Part shown: piece by piece, positions 21,002-31,053 of the stretch
How positions within the stretch are numbered: the first letter of the stretch is position 1
How the letters are laid out: every line of letters begins with the position of its first letter
Assembly: GCA_943788985.1 (NCBI GenBank)
Contig: CALSSJ010000011.1
Span: 128,001 to 192,000 of the forward strand
From: an uncultured Lentisphaerales bacterium
GTDB taxonomy: Bacteria; Verrucomicrobiota; Lentisphaeria; JABSQK01; UBA12247
Direction of reading: 5' to 3'
DNA length: 64,000 bases
Position numbers and translations under genes: made by a program
The notes under the pieces: model-generated
The model's database searches: none
The model's input: the letters and a program-made list of their open reading frames with translations, nothing else
Told to the model about the DNA's origin: nothing

Positions 21002-21466
21002 ATGTAGGACGACTTCGACCTACAAAAGGGCCCATCAGTGGTTCGGTGCGGCCGCGAATGGGGAAGCGTGGAGCCTGCTTGAGAAGGCGGAGTTGGCCGC
21101 TGAGGAGGCTGATCTGCTGCTGCGGGCGGCTTTCGCTTCCCCTACCATTGGTATCAGGTGCGCCCTGACTTGAATCGCTCACGCGCCGATTGCCAGGTCG
21201 CATTTGCCTGTGCGCGGGTTGGACTTGGGGGCGAGGCGCTGCACTTCGCGGCGCGTGGTTTCTTCCGTACTTGCGAGCACGAGGTGGCGAAATGGGAACA
21301 GGCCTTTGCCCATCTGGCGGTCTCCGCCGCTGCGCATGCTGCAGACGTATCGGGGGTGCATCGCGACCATTACGATCGCGCTGTTGAGGTGTGGGCACAG
21401 CTGAGCAGCGAGAATAAGACGCTGTTTGACGTCTCGCTCGCAGTGGTTTCCAAGCCACATGCCTGA
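21002..21466 (+). pseudogene. Frameshifted conserved hypothetical helical protein (pseudogene or sequencing error)
   Basis: Fragments AHQWFGAAANGEAWSLLE...AAFAS and YHWYQV..LNRSRAD...WEQAFAH lie in different frames and join after indels near 21030 and 21140. Confidence 0.5.
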
Positions 21467-21542
21467 ATGTCAGTCTACGTGGCAACTGGTGCGGGCAGGC
21501 GGCATAGTCTGAGCTTCGTTCTGTCAATTTCAGGAGTAAGCT

Positions 21543-22925
21543 ATGCCAGGCCAGCCCAACATTGTCGTGTTCTTTACCGATCAGCAGCGCTGGGATTGTA
21601 GTGGGTTGCACGGCAATCCTCTGGATCTGATGCCCAACTTCGACCGTCTGGCACAGGCAGGGACGCACGTCGCAAACTTCTTCACGTGTCAGCCGGTCTG
21701 TGGGCCAGCGCGGGCCTGCATTCAAACCGGGCAGTATGCCACGGTGAACGGATCGTATCGTAATGGCATTCCGCTGACCAAGTCGGTAAAGCCTTTGGCG
21801 GAGCATTTCAAAGACGCTGGCTATCGCACCGGATATATTGGCAAGTGGCACCTGGCGCAAACTGGCCACGGTGCGGTCAATGAGGAGGATCGTGGCGGAT
21901 ATCGTGACTGGCTCGCCGCGAACGTTCTCGAATTCACCTCGCACGACTACCACACCGCCCTCTATAATGAGGACAATGCTGAGGTAGAGCTGCCTGGCTA
22001 TCGCTCCGATGCCATGGTGGATGCCGGAATTCGGTACATCAATGAGCACAAAGAGGAACCATTTTTTCTGTTCATGAGCTTTATTGAGCCGCACCACCAG
22101 AATCATGTGGACGACTACCCTGCACCAGATGGATACCGCGAGCGCTACGCAAATCGCTGGGTGCCGCCAGATCTCGCGGCGCTCGGGGGCAGCACCCAAC
22201 GCCACCTGGGCGGATACTATGGCATGGTCAAGCGTCTTGATGAAGGGCTGGGGCGGATTACGGACGCGCTTAAGTCCCTGCAGCTGGATGAAAACACCAT
22301 CGTCGTATTCTTTAGTGATCACGGGTGTCACTTCAAGACCCGAAATGCCGAGTATAAGCGCTCCTGTCATGAAAGCTCGCTCCGAGTGCCCTGTATGTTT
22401 CACGGCGGTCCATTCGCCGGTGGCGGTCGTCGTGACGAGTTGGTCAGCCTGATTGACCTCCCGCCAACACTGCTGGACGTTGCTGGAATAGACGTGCCTG
22501 ATTCGATGCACGGGCAATCACTGCTTTCGCGGGTAGAGCGCACCGGGGCGGACTGGCCGGACCACGTCTACTTTGAGACCAGTGAGGCAGAGACTGGGCG
22601 CGGAGTTCGCACAGAACGCTGGAAGTATCACGTGCGCGCTCCAGAGGATGCCGCCGTCGTCGATGGCAAGTCGGACGTGTATGAGGAGTCGTTTCTCTAC
22701 GACCTGCAGGCCGATCCGTATGAGTTGGCAAACTTGGTCGGAATCGAGTCCTACGGTGGGATTAGGTCTGGCTTGCGCGAAAAGTTGATGGAGCGACTCG
22801 CGTTCGTGGGTGAAACGCCGGAGATTGCGCCGCCGCCGGGCACTCGCGGGGGGCAACGAATGGTTGCCGATAGTGAAGTTGCTTCGCTTGGGTTTTCACA
22901 CAATATTCCCGGGAGGTCGCGATGA
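21543..22925 (+). CDS. Sulfatase (formylglycine-dependent, Cys type)
   Basis: NIVVFFTDQQR, CGPAR (CxPxR), GYIGKWHL, SDHG and LYDLQADPYEL motifs. Confidence 0.93.
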   Translation: MPGQPNIVVFFTDQQRWDCSGLHGNPLDLMPNFDRLAQAGTHVANFFTCQPVCGPARACIQTGQYATVNGSYRNGIPLTKSVKPLAEHFKDAGYRTGYIGKWHLAQTGHGAVNEEDRGGYRDWLAANVLEFTSHDYHTALYNEDNAEVELPGYRSDAMVDAGIRYINEHKEEPFFLFMSFIEPHHQNHVDDYPAPDGYRERYANRWVPPDLAALGGSTQRHLGGYYGMVKRLDEGLGRITDALKSLQLDENTIVVFFSDHGCHFKTRNAEYKRSCHESSLRVPCMFHGGPFAGGGRRDELVSLIDLPPTLLDVAGIDVPDSMHGQSLLSRVERTGADWPDHVYFETSEAETGRGVRTERWKYHVRAPEDAAVVDGKSDVYEESFLYDLQADPYELANLVGIESYGGIRSGLREKLMERLAFVGETPEIAPPPGTRGGQRMVADSEVASLGFSHNIPGRSR

Positions 22926-23602
22926 AATTTCGGGGATTTGCGGACTCCGCAACACTGGAACAGGAGATGTGCGACTTGTTGACCGAGACGTTTGGACAAG
23001 AGCAGCCCCGTCCGCATGCGGTAATGCTTGCTGGTGGCGGGACGCCTCTGGCTATCTACGAGGCGCTGGGGCGTCAGAACCTCCGGGCAGGCCGCTCGCT
23101 TCATGTCATGTACAGCGACGATCGCTTGGTGCCAGTAACGGATCCCGGGAGCAATTACGGCAACTCACAGGCCATGCTCGCGGCGTTGCGGCTTCCAGCG
23201 GAGCGGGTGATTCGTGTGCGTGGGGAACTGGCACCAGGCCCGGCGGCCCAGGCCTACGGGGACCAACTTGCGGACTTCGCAGGACGCGGCGGGACTTTTG
23301 CGCTGGGGGTGCTCGGGATCGGCAGTGATGGCCATACGGCTTCGCTGTTCTCGCTGGCAGCGGCCCAACGCACCGATCGCCTGACTCTGGCTGTGGAACG
23401 GCCGGACTTTCTACGCGTCTCGGTGACCCGTAGTGTCCTTTCCCGGTTTCACCACCTGGTGATTCTGGCCACGGGGGAGGGCAAGCGTGAGATCCTTGAA
23501 ACGCTTCGTGACGCGCCCGAATCCATTCCTAGTGGCGTGGCACTGGCGGGGCTCAATGTCGAAGTTTGGACGGATCTGGTGATCGGTGACCGTGATGCTT
23601 GA
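22922..23602 (+). CDS. pgl: 6-phosphogluconolactonase
   Basis: LAGGGTP, SDDRLVP...SNY, LGIGSDGHTASLF and GEGK motifs. Confidence 0.85.
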   Translation: MKFRGFADSATLEQEMCDLLTETFGQEQPRPHAVMLAGGGTPLAIYEALGRQNLRAGRSLHVMYSDDRLVPVTDPGSNYGNSQAMLAALRLPAERVIRVRGELAPGPAAQAYGDQLADFAGRGGTFALGVLGIGSDGHTASLFSLAAAQRTDRLTLAVERPDFLRVSVTRSVLSRFHHLVILATGEGKREILETLRDAPESIPSGVALAGLNVEVWTDLVIGDRDA

Positions 23603-24389
23603 TTTTATCCAGCAGATTGCCCAAGAAGCGGGCGCTATGGCGCTTGCTTACCGCGCACGCCTCCATGCCGTGGCTGTGGATTATAAGTCAGTCCGCGATC
23701 TGGTGACTGAAGCCGATCGAGAGATTGAGCTCTATCTGCGCAAGCGCATTGCCGACCGCTATCCAGGTCACGGCATTCTCGGGGAGGAATTTGGGGCGAA
23801 GCAGGGCGATGCCTACCGCTGGGTGATTGACCCCATTGATGGGACAGGTTCGTTCGTGCACGGGCAGCCTACCTTCTCCGTCTCGATTGGCGTACAGCAT
23901 CACGGCGTGGGCGTTCTCGGCGCTGTCGCCGCCCCAGCGCTTGGGGAATTGTTCTTGGCCGAACAGGGAGCTGGTGCCTGGTGCAATGGCGCGAAAATCT
24001 CCTGCAGTACCGCTACAGAGCTGAATCGGTGCATTCTGGCTACGGGCTTTGCCTGTCTGCGCGATGGCGCGGCGCACAATAACCTCCCGTACTTGCATGC
24101 AATTCTGCCGCAGCTACAAGATATGCGCCGCTATGGCTCCGCGGCGATGGACTTGGCCTTTGTGGCTGCCGGGCGCGTGGACGGCTTCTGGGAGCTAAAC
24201 CTGCACGAGTATGACATCGCCGCTGGCGTGGTTCTGGTGCGAGAGGCTGGTGGAGTCGTTAGCGACTTCCATGGGCGGACAGACGACCTGCCTCATCGCG
24301 TCCTGGCGTGCAACGCTGAACTGCACGCCAAGATCGTTAGTCAGTTCGCAAAATTGGAGGATGCGCAGGATGCCGCGCTCGCAGAGTAG
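23586..24389 (+). CDS. Inositol monophosphatase family protein (SuhB-like)
   Basis: DLVTEAD, GEE, WVIDPIDGT, GSAAMDL and YDIAAG motifs. Confidence 0.92.
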   Translation: MTVMLDFIQQIAQEAGAMALAYRARLHAVAVDYKSVRDLVTEADREIELYLRKRIADRYPGHGILGEEFGAKQGDAYRWVIDPIDGTGSFVHGQPTFSVSIGVQHHGVGVLGAVAAPALGELFLAEQGAGAWCNGAKISCSTATELNRCILATGFACLRDGAAHNNLPYLHAILPQLQDMRRYGSAAMDLAFVAAGRVDGFWELNLHEYDIAAGVVLVREAGGVVSDFHGRTDDLPHRVLACNAELHAKIVSQFAKLEDAQDAALAE

Positions 24390-25236
24390 TCCGCCTGGCA
24401 GGGGCAGAATCCGGCTGGCAAGGAAAAGATTTTTCTTTTTCTCACAATGTGGGTGGACAAGTTCAAGCTTCCTGCGTAGTTTACGCGCTTTCTCGTTTGG
24501 GCTGTGGGCACTTTTTGCCTGCTCGGATGAGGAATGCAACGCTAAGTTGCGTGAGGTCGAACTGGCTCGCGAACTGGCAGAGGAGGGAGCGCTAGCAGCA
24601 ACCGCAGCGCTGATTCGGACCGAGCAAACGCTCGACACAATCCGGAGCCGACTCGCCACCGCACAGGCCGAACTCACGGAGCTCCGCGATCAGCTTGATG
24701 TCATTCGTGTGCAAATGGCAAGCCTGCTCGTGAACGAAGAAGTAGTGTCTGAAGCGCAGGCGCTGGTTCGCTTTGTCAAAGAAGCTGATCAGGCGAAAGC
24801 GGCGTTTCATCAGGCCTACGAGGACTTACTGGCCTGTAGGCGGCACTGGGAAGCCCTCCTAGATTCGCTCGCGGGCCCGGATCGGAAAATTTATCAAGAA
24901 CAGCTTGATGCAAAACTGGACCTAGTTTTTGTCAGTTTGCAGCGGGCTGAACAGTATTTCAATAGTAAGGAGAGCGGCAGACACGGAGCAGCAACGGACG
25001 ACGGATTGCGCGTCTTGAACGTAAATGATGATCTTGAGGTGGTGGCGGTGAATGCCGGCCACAAACAAGGGCTTCGCATTGGACAGGTTCTATCTGTCGC
25101 GGAGGGCAGGGCCAAGGGCGCTGTACTTCGTGTGATTGAGATCAGACCTTCAGTCAGTGCGGCCATCATACAATCAGGACGGCTTAGGCATCTCGCACCC
25201 GGAACCCCATTGATTCGCGTCGTAGTGCCGGACTAG
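24211..25236 (+). CDS. Hypothetical coiled-coil protein, possible lipoprotein (true start probably downstream of about 24390)
   Basis: Hydrophobic stretch ending in LFAC, coiled coil, C-terminal beta domain (VAVNAGHKQGLRIG) resembling a FlgT-C-like fold; start uncertain. Confidence 0.55.
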   Translation: MTSPLAWFWCERLVESLATSMGGQTTCLIASWRATLNCTPRSLVSSQNWRMRRMPRSQSSPPGRGRIRLARKRFFFFSQCGWTSSSFLRSLRAFSFGLWALFACSDEECNAKLREVELARELAEEGALAATAALIRTEQTLDTIRSRLATAQAELTELRDQLDVIRVQMASLLVNEEVVSEAQALVRFVKEADQAKAAFHQAYEDLLACRRHWEALLDSLAGPDRKIYQEQLDAKLDLVFVSLQRAEQYFNSKESGRHGAATDDGLRVLNVNDDLEVVAVNAGHKQGLRIGQVLSVAEGRAKGAVLRVIEIRPSVSAAIIQSGRLRHLAPGTPLIRVVVPD

Positions 25237-25252
25237 TTAGGAGAAGGATAGA

Positions 25253-25711
25253 ATGGAAAAACGCGCTATTTCAAAATACCGTCGAATCTCGGCGTTTAAA
25301 GCACGTGATATTACTCGCCTTATTCAAGGCAAGTCTATCGACGAAGCGCTACGCATGCTTGCGTTTGCTCCGCAGAAGGCTGCCCGGCTGGTGGAGAAAA
25401 CACTACGCTCTGCAATAGCAAATTATGAGCAAGCGGTGGACGGCGATGTAGACCGCTCGACACTGCTTGTCAAGGAAGCACTGATCGGCGAAGGCCCGTC
25501 AATGAAGCGTATTCGCCCTAAGGCTCGGGGGATGGCTGGCCGCATTATTAAGCGATCCAGTCACATCCGGATTACAGTCTGGGACGGAGAGCAAGCGAAA
25601 GACCTGGTTGCGGACTACTTCGACGATGACGAAGAAGAGACCCTCGCCGGCGATGAAAATGCGGAGACGGAAGCTTCCGTCGCCGATGACGATCAAGAAA
25701 ACGAAGGATAG
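25253..25711 (+). CDS. rplV: 50S ribosomal protein L22 with acidic C-terminal extension
   Basis: RISAFKAR and EGPSMKRIRPKARGMAGRIIKRSSHI motifs; SD AGGAG. Confidence 0.95.
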   Translation: MEKRAISKYRRISAFKARDITRLIQGKSIDEALRMLAFAPQKAARLVEKTLRSAIANYEQAVDGDVDRSTLLVKEALIGEGPSMKRIRPKARGMAGRIIKRSSHIRITVWDGEQAKDLVADYFDDDEEETLAGDENAETEASVADDDQENEG

Positions 25712-25725
25712 GGAGGTAGCAGCCC

Positions 25726-26448
25726 GTGGGCCAAAAAGTAAATCCTATCGGTTTCCGCGTATCGGTAACCAAAGATTGGCGCAGTCGCTGGTTCGCTCGT
25801 AAGCGCGAGTTCGGTGACATGCTGCACGAGGACCTGAAGATGCGTCAGTTCGTGCAGACGCAGCTGTCTCAGGCAGCGGTGTCGCGGATCCAAATTGAAC
25901 GTTTCGCCAGCCGGATTCGTCTCACCATTCACACGGCTCGTCCGGGAATGGTGTTTGGACGGAAGCGCGCTGAATATGACGCGTTGAAGAATTCCCTGTT
26001 CAAGCTATTAGGCACGAAAGACAAGGACGTCTATGTCGACGTTGTCGAAGTGCGTTATCCTGAGCTTGAAGCACAACTCGTGGCCCAGAATGTGGCCATG
26101 CAGCTCGAACGTCGTGTCGGTTTTCGCCGGGCGATGAAGAAGGCGCTACAGACGAGCATGGATATGGGAGCAGTCGGAATCAAGATTCGTTGCGCAGGTC
26201 GCTTGGGCGGCGCGGAACTAGCTCGCACAGAAGAGTATCGCGATGGCAAAGTGCCATTGCATACCTTGCGTGCGGACGTGCAGTATGGCTTTTGTGAAAG
26301 CGTGACTACTGCCGGTTTGATTGGTGTAAAAGTATGGCTATGTCGGCCGGATAATATGGAGGAAAAGAACAATGCCTTTGATGCCAAAAAGGGTAAAGCA
26401 TCGCAAGGTTCAAAGAGGAAAAATTCGAGGCAACGCGACCAGCGGTAA
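25726..26448 (+). CDS. rpsC: 30S ribosomal protein S3
   Basis: [27 protein letters not shown] and PLHTLRAD motifs. Confidence 0.97.
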   Translation: MGQKVNPIGFRVSVTKDWRSRWFARKREFGDMLHEDLKMRQFVQTQLSQAAVSRIQIERFASRIRLTIHTARPGMVFGRKRAEYDALKNSLFKLLGTKDKDVYVDVVEVRYPELEAQLVAQNVAMQLERRVGFRRAMKKALQTSMDMGAVGIKIRCAGRLGGAELARTEEYRDGKVPLHTLRADVQYGFCESVTTAGLIGVKVWLCRPDNMEEKNNAFDAKKGKASQGSKRKNSRQRDQR

Positions 26449-26785
26449 CGTCCTCAATTTTGGAGACTTTGGGTTGCAGGTTCTGGAGCGCGGCTTTATC
26501 ACAAACCGCCAGATTGAAGCTGCACGTATTGCGATTACGCGCCACATGCGCCGACGTGGTCAGGTCTGGATCCGGATGTTCCCGGACAAGCCGATTTCGA
26601 AAAAGCCACTTGAGACGCGTATGGGTAAGGGAAAGGGTAACACAGAGGCCTGGGTGGCTTGTGTGAAACCTGGCCGTGTTATCTTTGAAATTCGCGGTTG
26701 TTCCGAGACTGTGGCACGTGAAGCGCTCGCTTTGGGTGCTGCCAAACTGGGGCATCGTTGCAAAATGTTGTCGCGTGAGGGTTGA
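26372..26785 (+). CDS. rplP: 50S ribosomal protein L16
   Basis: [21 protein letters not shown] and [12 protein letters not shown] motifs. Confidence 0.97.
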   Translation: MPLMPKRVKHRKVQRGKIRGNATSGNVLNFGDFGLQVLERGFITNRQIEAARIAITRHMRRRGQVWIRMFPDKPISKKPLETRMGKGKGNTEAWVACVKPGRVIFEIRGCSETVAREALALGAAKLGHRCKMLSREG

Positions 26786-26788
26786 TCG

Positions 26789-26989
26789 ATGAAAGGTAGC
26801 GAAGTTGCAGAACTGACGGAGTTGGAACTGACGGCGCGTCTGGAGGAGACGCAGCGTGAGTTATTCAACCTTCGCGTCCAAGCCGCCATTGGTGCTTTGG
26901 AGAATACTGCTCGGGTACGAGCCCTTCGTCGTGATGTTGCGCGTCTGAGATCGGAAGAGACCAAGCGCAATAAGACGGCTGCGAACTAG
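26789..26989 (+). CDS. rpmC: 50S ribosomal protein L29
   Basis: ELFNLRVQ...LENTARVRALRRDVAR; position after rplP. Confidence 0.93.
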   Translation: MKGSEVAELTELELTARLEETQRELFNLRVQAAIGALENTARVRALRRDVARLRSEETKRNKTAAN

Positions 26990-27002
26990 GAGAAATGCTG
27001 AG

Positions 27003-27283
27003 ATGAGTGAAGCTACTGAAAAAAAGCGCGGCCTGCGTAAGCAGCGTACCGGCGTGGTCGTCAGTAATAAAGGGGATAAGACAATCGTCGTGCAAGTGAC
27101 ACGCCGTGCCGCGCATTCCGCTCTATAAAAAGGTGATCAGTCTGACCAAGAAATTTCATGCCCATGATGAAACCAATGACGCCAATATCGGCGACACGGT
27201 GACCATCGTGGAGGACACGTCCACTGAGCAAGCTTAAACGCTGGCGGATGACTGCAGTTGTTCGTCGCGCAGTGGAGGACTGA
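27003..27283 (+). CDS. rpsQ: 30S ribosomal protein S17 (two apparent +1 indels)
   Basis: [30 protein letters not shown] and [12 protein letters not shown] are recovered after removing extra bases near 27116 and 27213. Confidence 0.92.
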
Positions 27284-27286
27284 GCC

Positions 27287-27652
27287 ATGATTCAAATGCA
27301 GACCATAATGGACATCGCTGACAACTCTGGCGCACGCCGGGTGATGGCGATTACAGTCTTGGGGCAACAGCGCAAAGTCGCTCGCGTTGGTGATGTCGTG
27401 ACTGCGGCTGTCAAAGAAGCCTCTCCGAATGGAGCTGTCAAGAAGGGCGATGTCGTCCGTGTTGTAGTGGTTCGTACGCGCTCGGCAATTCGTCGCGAGG
27501 ACGGCTCGTACTTACGCTTCGACCGTAACGCGGGCGTTGTCATCGATGACGGTGGCAACCCACGCGGAACCCGTATTTTCGGGCCTGTGGCTCGTGAACT
27601 TCGGGATTCCAACTATATGCGTATCGTCTCGCTGGCGCCGGAGGTGCTGTGA
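27287..27652 (+). CDS. rplN: 50S ribosomal protein L14
   Basis: ADNSGAR, VKKGDVV and [13 protein letters not shown] motifs. Confidence 0.97.
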   Translation: MIQMQTIMDIADNSGARRVMAITVLGQQRKVARVGDVVTAAVKEASPNGAVKKGDVVRVVVVRTRSAIRREDGSYLRFDRNAGVVIDDGGNPRGTRIFGPVARELRDSNYMRIVSLAPEVL

Positions 27653-27916
27653 TGCGGCGGATATGGAAGGGTGACACCGTCGAGGTAATCAGCGGCCGTG
27701 CTGTTGGACAGACCGGCCATGTCCTCGTAGTGGATTACAAGAAGGAGCAAGTGATCGTGGAGGGAGTAAATACCCGCATGGTTGCTACTCGTCCTGGGTC
27801 CCAGTTCCCCCGGTGGGCTGATCGAGCGTGAGTGCCCGATCCACTTGTCGAACGTACTGGTGACGGTCGAATCCCCCGAGCACAAAAAAGAGTTGGAACG
27901 CAAGGGCTTGCTCTAA
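27652..27916 (+). CDS. rplX: 50S ribosomal protein L24 (one apparent +1 indel)
   Basis: KGDTVEVISG and VIVEGVN, then GGLIERECPIHLSNV after removing one C at 27807-27811. Confidence 0.9.
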
Positions 27917-27938
27917 GCCTGCTTGAGGAGACAAAACG

Positions 27939-28477
27939 ATGAGTGTATTACTTGAACAATATCGTTCGGAGATGATTCCGAAGCTGCAGGCCTCGCGCTC
28001 CTACGGGAACGTGATGCAGGTGCCGAAGCTTGAGAAAATCGTCCTGAACTGCGGAATCTCGTCACAGCGTGACCGCGACATGTTTGCGAATGCCCAGCTC
28101 GCGCTGAGTGACATTACTGGCCAGCGGCCGGTGATTACAAAGACACGCATGAACATCGCCAACTTTAAGCTCCGTGAGGGCATGAATGTCGGTGTGTGTG
28201 TCACGTTGCGTAAAGAACGCATGTACGACTTTTACTACCGGCTGACGCGCGTGGCTCTGCCGCGAGGTGCGTGACTTTCGCGGTGTGGGCAGCCAAGGCC
28301 TTTGACGGCCGCGGCAACTACAGCATGGGCTTGGAAGACGTGACCATTTTTACTGAAGTTAACCCCGATAAATTAAAGTACACGATCGGCATGAGCATCG
28401 CTATTGTGACAACTGCTGCGACCAACGAAGAAGGTCTGGAGTTGTTGACAATGCTTGGCATGCCGTTCGAGAAATAA
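27939..28477 (+). CDS. rplE: 50S ribosomal protein L5 (two apparent +1 indels)
   Basis: [36 protein letters not shown] and [10 protein letters not shown] are recovered after fixing about 28266 and about 28288. Confidence 0.93.
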
Positions 28478-28490
28478 GGAGACCGGACCT

Positions 28491-28676
28491 GTGGCACGGA
28501 AAGCACTTGTCGCCAAAGCGAAGCGTAAGCCAAAATTCTCTACCCGTCAGTACAACCGCTGCCGCACCTGTGGTCGTGCCCGGGCGTATATCCGAAAGTT
28601 TCAAGTCTGCCGTATCTGCTTCCGCGAACTTGCCTCCCGTGGCGAGATTCCGGGTGTAGTCAAGGCGAGCTGGTAG
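28491..28676 (+). CDS. rpsN: 30S ribosomal protein S14, zinc-binding type Z
   Basis: GTG start after SD AAGGAG; RCRTCGR...[20 protein letters not shown]. Confidence 0.95.
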   Translation: MARKALVAKAKRKPKFSTRQYNRCRTCGRARAYIRKFQVCRICFRELASRGEIPGVVKASW

Positions 28677-28687
28677 GAGGAATAATT

Positions 28688-29080
28688 ATGATTAGCGATC
28701 CTATTGCAGACATGCTGACGCGAGTTCGCAACGCCTCTCGCGCCGCGCATTCCGTGGTCGAGATGCCGTCTTCCATCCTCAAAGTAGCGATTGCCGACAC
28801 GCTCAAGCGTGAAGGCTACATTCGTGGCTATGAAGTTTCGGAAGATGGTGCGAAGCGGACCTTGAAGGTAAGCCTGAAGTATTTTAAGGAAGAATCGGTC
28901 ATCGCTGGCATCGAGCGCGTCAGTCGCTCTTCTCAGCGTGTGTATGTGGGCCATGAATCTGTTCCTCGGACGCTTGGCGGTCTTGGAATTGTGATTCTCT
29001 CGACGGCTCAGGGCGTGATTACCGGCAAAGATGCCAGGAATCGCGGCGTGGGCGGCGAAGTCCTCTGCCGAGTCTGGTAG
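28688..29080 (+). CDS. rpsH: 30S ribosomal protein S8
   Basis: DPIADMLTRVRNA, GLGIVILST and GGEVLCRVW motifs. Confidence 0.97.
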   Translation: MISDPIADMLTRVRNASRAAHSVVEMPSSILKVAIADTLKREGYIRGYEVSEDGAKRTLKVSLKYFKEESVIAGIERVSRSSQRVYVGHESVPRTLGGLGIVILSTAQGVITGKDARNRGVGGEVLCRVW

Positions 29081-29096
29081 AATAGGGGGATAAAAT

Positions 29097-29628
29097 ATGT
29101 CACGTATTGGAAATCAACCTATCGCGCTCAACGGTGCGACTGCCTCGTTCAAGGACGGCGTCATCTCCGTAAAGGGAGCGAAAGGTGAACTGCAGCACAT
29201 CGTGCCAGAGGCCATTGTGGTGGAGATCACTGACGCGGAAATTCGGGTAAAACGCCCAAATGACCACCGGGGAAACGAAAGCCCAACACGGTTTGTATCG
29301 GTCCTTGATCAATAATATGGTCATTGGCGTGAGCACCGGCTTCAAGAAGACGTTACTGATCGAAGGCGTGGGCTATCGTGCCGCGCTGAAAGGGAAGAAC
29401 CTCGGATTGACTTTGGGGCATTCGCACCCGATCGATTACCAAGTGCCTGAAGGGATCACCTTTACTGTGCCGAACAATACAACGATCGAGATCGATGGTA
29501 TTGACAAGCAGCAAGTGGGTCAGGTTGCAGCGATTATTCGTGAGTTCCGTCCCCCCGAGCCTTATAAGGGCAAGGGGATTCGGTATTCTGACGAACATAT
29601 TCGCCGCAAAGAAGGCAAGACGGTCTGA
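29097..29628 (+). CDS. rplF: 50S ribosomal protein L6 (one apparent +1 indel)
   Basis: MSRIGNQPI; then [17 protein letters not shown] and [11 protein letters not shown] after a frameshift near 29270. Confidence 0.94.
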
Positions 29629-29646
29629 TAAGAGTAGGAGCAAGAT

Positions 29647-30010
29647 ATGCCTAAGATTGATCGCAAAGCGAAGCGCCTCGGGCGCCGCACTCGCCTTCCG
29701 CCGCCGAATTTCAGGAACCAGCGAGATCCCTCGTATGGCTGTGTTCGTCAGCGACCGGCACGTATATGTGCAGTTTATTGATGATGTGTCCGGTGTCACT
29801 GTGGCATCATGTTCCACGCGTGTGAAGGAAGTCCGTGAGGGCAACCAGAGCGGAGACGTCGCAGGTGCTGCCACAGTAGGCAAACTTGGTGCTGAGCGGC
29901 TGCAAGCCGCTGGAATCAGCAAGGTCGTTTTCGACCGCGGCGGATTTCGGTTTCACGGTCGCGTGAAGGCAGTGGCCGAGGCAGCTCGTGAAGCTGGCCT
30001 GCAGTTCTAA
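29647..30010 (+). CDS. rplR: 50S ribosomal protein L18 (one apparent +1 indel)
   Basis: SD AGGAG and ATG 29647; PRMAVFVSDRHVYVQFIDD and VFDRGGFRFHGRVKA motifs; extra C near 29698. Confidence 0.94.
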
Positions 30011-30073
30011 GGATTAAACGTAGCAAACTGCCTGTGATGTGCGAGCATCACAGGCGCTCAGTGGAGAGAAAGA

Positions 30074-30566
30074 ATGGCTGACAGACACCCGTAGGGATGA
30101 CAAGGACGACCTGGAAGATCGCGTCGTCGCGATCAACCGCTGTAGTAAGGTGGTGAAGGGCGGACGTAACTTCAGTTTTAGCGCGTTGGTCGTAGTAGGA
30201 GATCGTGCTGGCAAAGTCGGTTTCGCACTTGGCCGGGCCAATGAAGTCGCTGATGCGATCCGCAAGGGAACGGAGTCGGCGCGTCGTGCGCTGGTCCAGA
30301 TCCCGTTGCGAGGCAACACTCTGCCGCACGCACAAAAGGCTAAGTTCAGTGGCGCTCATGTTATGCTTCGCCCAGCATCACCAGGTACCGGCATGATTGC
30401 TGGTGGTGGTATGCGCGCAGTACTTGATTTGGCAGGCGTCCATGATGTTCTGGCTAAGTCACTGGGCTCTAATAACCAGATAAATGTCGTGAAGGCGACG
30501 ATGGCTGCGCTGCAGAATATGCAGAGCTATAAGCACGTCGTCGAGAAGCGCGGCGTAAAGATCTGA
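30074..30566 (+). CDS. rpsE: 30S ribosomal protein S5 (apparent +1 indel near the start)
   Basis: INRCSKVVKGGRNFSFSALVVVGD and PASPGTGMIAGG motifs; ATG 30074 joins the frame if one C at 30088-30090 is removed. Confidence 0.95.
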
Positions 30567-30591
30567 GTAACGGCGAGACGAGAGGAAAGAG

Positions 30592-31032
30592 ATGAAACTG
30601 CATTCGCTTAAGAATACGGTCACCCGGAAGCCGCGTAAGCGCGTCGGGCGGGGCCATGGTAATAATTGGGGGCGTTGTGCCGGTCGCGGGGATAAGGGCC
30701 AAATGGCGCGTTCCGGTGCGGTTCGTCGTCCTCACTTTGAGGGTGGACAGATTCCATTGTTTCGGCGGTTGCCGAAGCGCGGGTTCAATAGCCCCAATCA
30801 CAAGTACTACGCGTTGGTTAACCTTCACGCCCTTGACGAGCATTTTGCTGCTGGAGAGATTGTGGATCCGGAGATTCTCGCAGCGAAGGGGATGATCGGG
30901 AAACTGCAAAGTGGCGTCAAGGTCCTTGCTGATGGCGAGTTGTCCAAGGCGCTGACGGTGCGTGCCCACAAGTTTTCCGCAGCAGCGCAGGCTCAGATTG
31001 AGGCCGCTGGCGGGACTTGCGAGTCTCTGTAA
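30592..31032 (+). CDS. rplO: 50S ribosomal protein L15
   Basis: RKRVGRG, GRGDKGQ and [17 protein letters not shown] motifs. Confidence 0.97.
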   Translation: MKLHSLKNTVTRKPRKRVGRGHGNNWGRCAGRGDKGQMARSGAVRRPHFEGGQIPLFRRLPKRGFNSPNHKYYALVNLHALDEHFAAGEIVDPEILAAKGMIGKLQSGVKVLADGELSKALTVRAHKFSAAAQAQIEAAGGTCESL

Positions 31033-31053
31033 CCCCCCGGGAATCATCTTTCC

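Noticed and set aside
20838..22517. Long antisense ORFs (also 6818-8302, 2089-3132, 11165-12163 and others)
   Set aside because: Shadow ORFs opposite well-supported genes in GC-rich DNA, with no recognisable motifs
27100..30100. Programmed frameshifting or true pseudogenes in ribosomal protein genes
   Set aside because: All are +1 in short homopolymers, clustered, in essential and otherwise conserved genes; sequencing error is far more parsimonious
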